Shown here in pieces: positions 62,432 to 64,000 of a stretch of 64,000 nucleotides of DNA. Within the stretch, counting starts at the first letter, position 1; every line of letters starts with the position of its first letter. The notes beneath the pieces were generated by a model. It did not search any database and was not told the DNA's origin. It saw only the letters and a list, made by a program, of their open reading frames with translations. The stretch covers positions 3,456,001 to 3,520,000 of the forward strand of contig OZ244587.1 in NCBI GenBank assembly GCA_965218095.1, written 5' to 3'. The DNA is from Candidatus Poribacteria bacterium. Its GTDB lineage: Bacteria; Poribacteria; WGA-4E; PCPOR2b. The translations under genes were made by a program, and so were the position numbers.

Positions 62432-62844
62432 AGTATTTGACAATTGAGGACATTCTGAGGGTTGCCAAGGGGCAGGTGGGTAGCTATCAGTTGTTGAATG
62501 AAAATCAGTTACACTATTTGGTTGAAATAGTCGGTGAAAAATTAGGTGATACAGAACTGTTTCCGACTTTGCCCAAAAAAGCTGCTGTATATGCCCATCA
62601 CATTATTACTGGACATATATTTTCCGATGGGAATAAACGTATCGGCCTGACTTGTGCGCTCGCGTTTTTAGTTTTGAATGGCTGTTCTCTTCATCGCAAC
62701 ATTGATGATTCGATTATTGAGCTTGGCTTTAAGATTGCGGATGGGACGATAACCGATCTGGAGATAATCGCCGAGGATTTACAATCATGGATTCAGCGAC
62801 AGACGTATGAATCGGTTGTATTTACATTAGATCCGTTTAACTGA
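62428..62844 (+). CDS. doc: Fic/Doc (death-on-curing) toxin
   Basis: HIFSDGNKRIG Doc motif; TTG start overlaps the upstream TGA. Confidence 0.88.
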   Translation: MKYLTIEDILRVAKGQVGSYQLLNENQLHYLVEIVGEKLGDTELFPTLPKKAAVYAHHIITGHIFSDGNKRIGLTCALAFLVLNGCSLHRNIDDSIIELGFKIADGTITDLEIIAEDLQSWIQRQTYESVVFTLDPFN

Positions 62845-63042
62845 GGGCGGAAATTGTCAGAATCGCGAATTAGACCGGAGTTGACACAGGTTACGCTGTT
62901 TTAATCCGTGGCAATCTGTGATTCAGACAACGCAGAAATCTCCCTTGTGGAAAAACCGCCGCCCTGAAATCCTGAGAATCCTAAAATCCAGTAAATCCAG
63001 ATTCAGACAATGAGGAAATCGCCATTGTGGAGAACAAAAAGT

Positions 63043-64000
63043 ATGGCAAAAAAAGAGCCGCGCCGTGTCAAAACTCTGAGCGAGTTTATAGAATGGGCAG
63101 CACAATTCAGGGACGGACGATATCTGTTTCGTGGTGTTTCAAACGACGCCTACAAAATAGAGGCATCTGCTTACCGCCGCCTGCGAGAAGCGGACAGAAA
63201 TAATCCGAGTAAGCTACTCAAAATCAATCAGGAATTGATAGAAAAAGCACGAGGTCGGGGACACGATCAGAAAAACGGTCAGCGACTATCCGATCTGGAA
63301 CTACTTGCAGAACTTCAGCACTTCGGCGCAGCCACCTGCCTGATAGACTTTACACGCAGTGCATTGGTCGCGCTCTGGTTTGCCTGCCAACAAAGTGCCA
63401 AGGGAGAAGCAAACGGTAAAGTATTCGCTGTCCGTAGCGATGATCCGGCACGCTTGAAAACGGTTAATCCGGAATTGATAAAAAAAGATATTGACCACTT
63501 TCTCAACTTGGATGAAAACGATAACTATCTGCTATATCAATGGGATCCCAAACTTCAGAATAATCGCATCATCGCCCAGCATTCAGTTTTCCTATTTAGC
63601 GGTGCCCAAATTGAAGCAGAGGCTGAATGTGTAATCATAAAAAGTAGCAAGCAAGACATCCTGACATCTCTGGATAAAATATCAGATATCGCTGAAGAGA
63701 GTATTTATCCTGACTTTGACGGCTTCGCTCGCGTACATGCCCACGATAAACCCTACATTGAACCCAACGCCCACGGCTATCTGCGACGCGGTATTGAGGC
63801 ACAGCAAAATAATAATCTGGATGATGCTATCGCCTACTACACTGAAGTCATACGGTTAGAGCCGGACCCCGGCATTGTTGCCAATGCCTGTTACAATCGC
63901 GGCGTGGCTTACAGGAAAAAGGGAGATTATGACCGTGCCATTGCAGACTATACCAAAGCGATAGAACTCAATCCCTATTATGCCAACGCCTATAACAATC
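63043..64000 (+). CDS. FRG domain + TPR protein (runs off the window)
   Basis: hand translation YLFRGVS, LQHFGAATCLIDFTRSALVALWFAC, RIIAQHSVF, then TPRs. Confidence 0.9.
   Translation, partial: MAKKEPRRVKTLSEFIEWAAQFRDGRYLFRGVSNDAYKIEASAYRRLREADRNNPSKLLKINQELIEKARGRGHDQKNGQRLSDLELLAELQHFGAATCLIDFTRSALVALWFACQQSAKGEANGKVFAVRSDDPARLKTVNPELIKKDIDHFLNLDENDNYLLYQWDPKLQNNRIIAQHSVFLFSGAQIEAEAECVIIKSSKQDILTSLDKISDIAEESIYPDFDGFARVHAHDKPYIEPNAHGYLRRGIEAQQNNNLDDAIAYYTEVIRLEPDPGIVANACYNRGVAYRKKGDYDRAIADYTKAIELNPYYANAYNN

Noticed and set aside
59608-63045. Classical integron attC array
   Set aside because: The junctions lack clear RYYYAAC/GTTRRRY boxes and no intI is visible; retained only as a non-classical cassette hypothesis.

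Overview
A bacterial chromosomal segment of roughly 50% GC. The abundant PhyH dioxygenases, Gfo/Idh/MocA oxidoreductases, LamG and TPR proteins suggest a Candidatus Poribacteria-like genome (inference only). Housekeeping blocks: prpBC; argD; ispE-tRNA-Gln-rplY-pth; adk; and a tRNA-Thr/Tyr/Gly/Thr-rpmG-tRNA-Trp-secE-nusG-rplKAJL operon that lacks tuf and is not followed by rpoB. The window also holds many catabolic and transport genes, several pseudogenes, a degenerate IS5-family element and at least three MITEs with target-site duplications. Main points of interest: (i) a rhodanese-MoeB gene with an in-frame TGA at the conserved Cys followed by a SECIS-like hairpin (candidate selenoprotein); (ii) a defence island at 52.5-64 kb (PLD-SNF2 helicase, N6-MTase, PIN protein, TIR-TPR protein with an antitoxin-like tail overlapping a Doc toxin, FRG-TPR) whose genes are separated by recurring palindrome plus MTase-3'-end junction repeats, resembling a cassette array; (iii) a four-gene uncharacterised membrane operon (DUF6754-like) behind an oppF relic; (iv) an L10 protein with a duplicated L12-binding segment. 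All calls come from reading the sequence by eye; no database searches were run.
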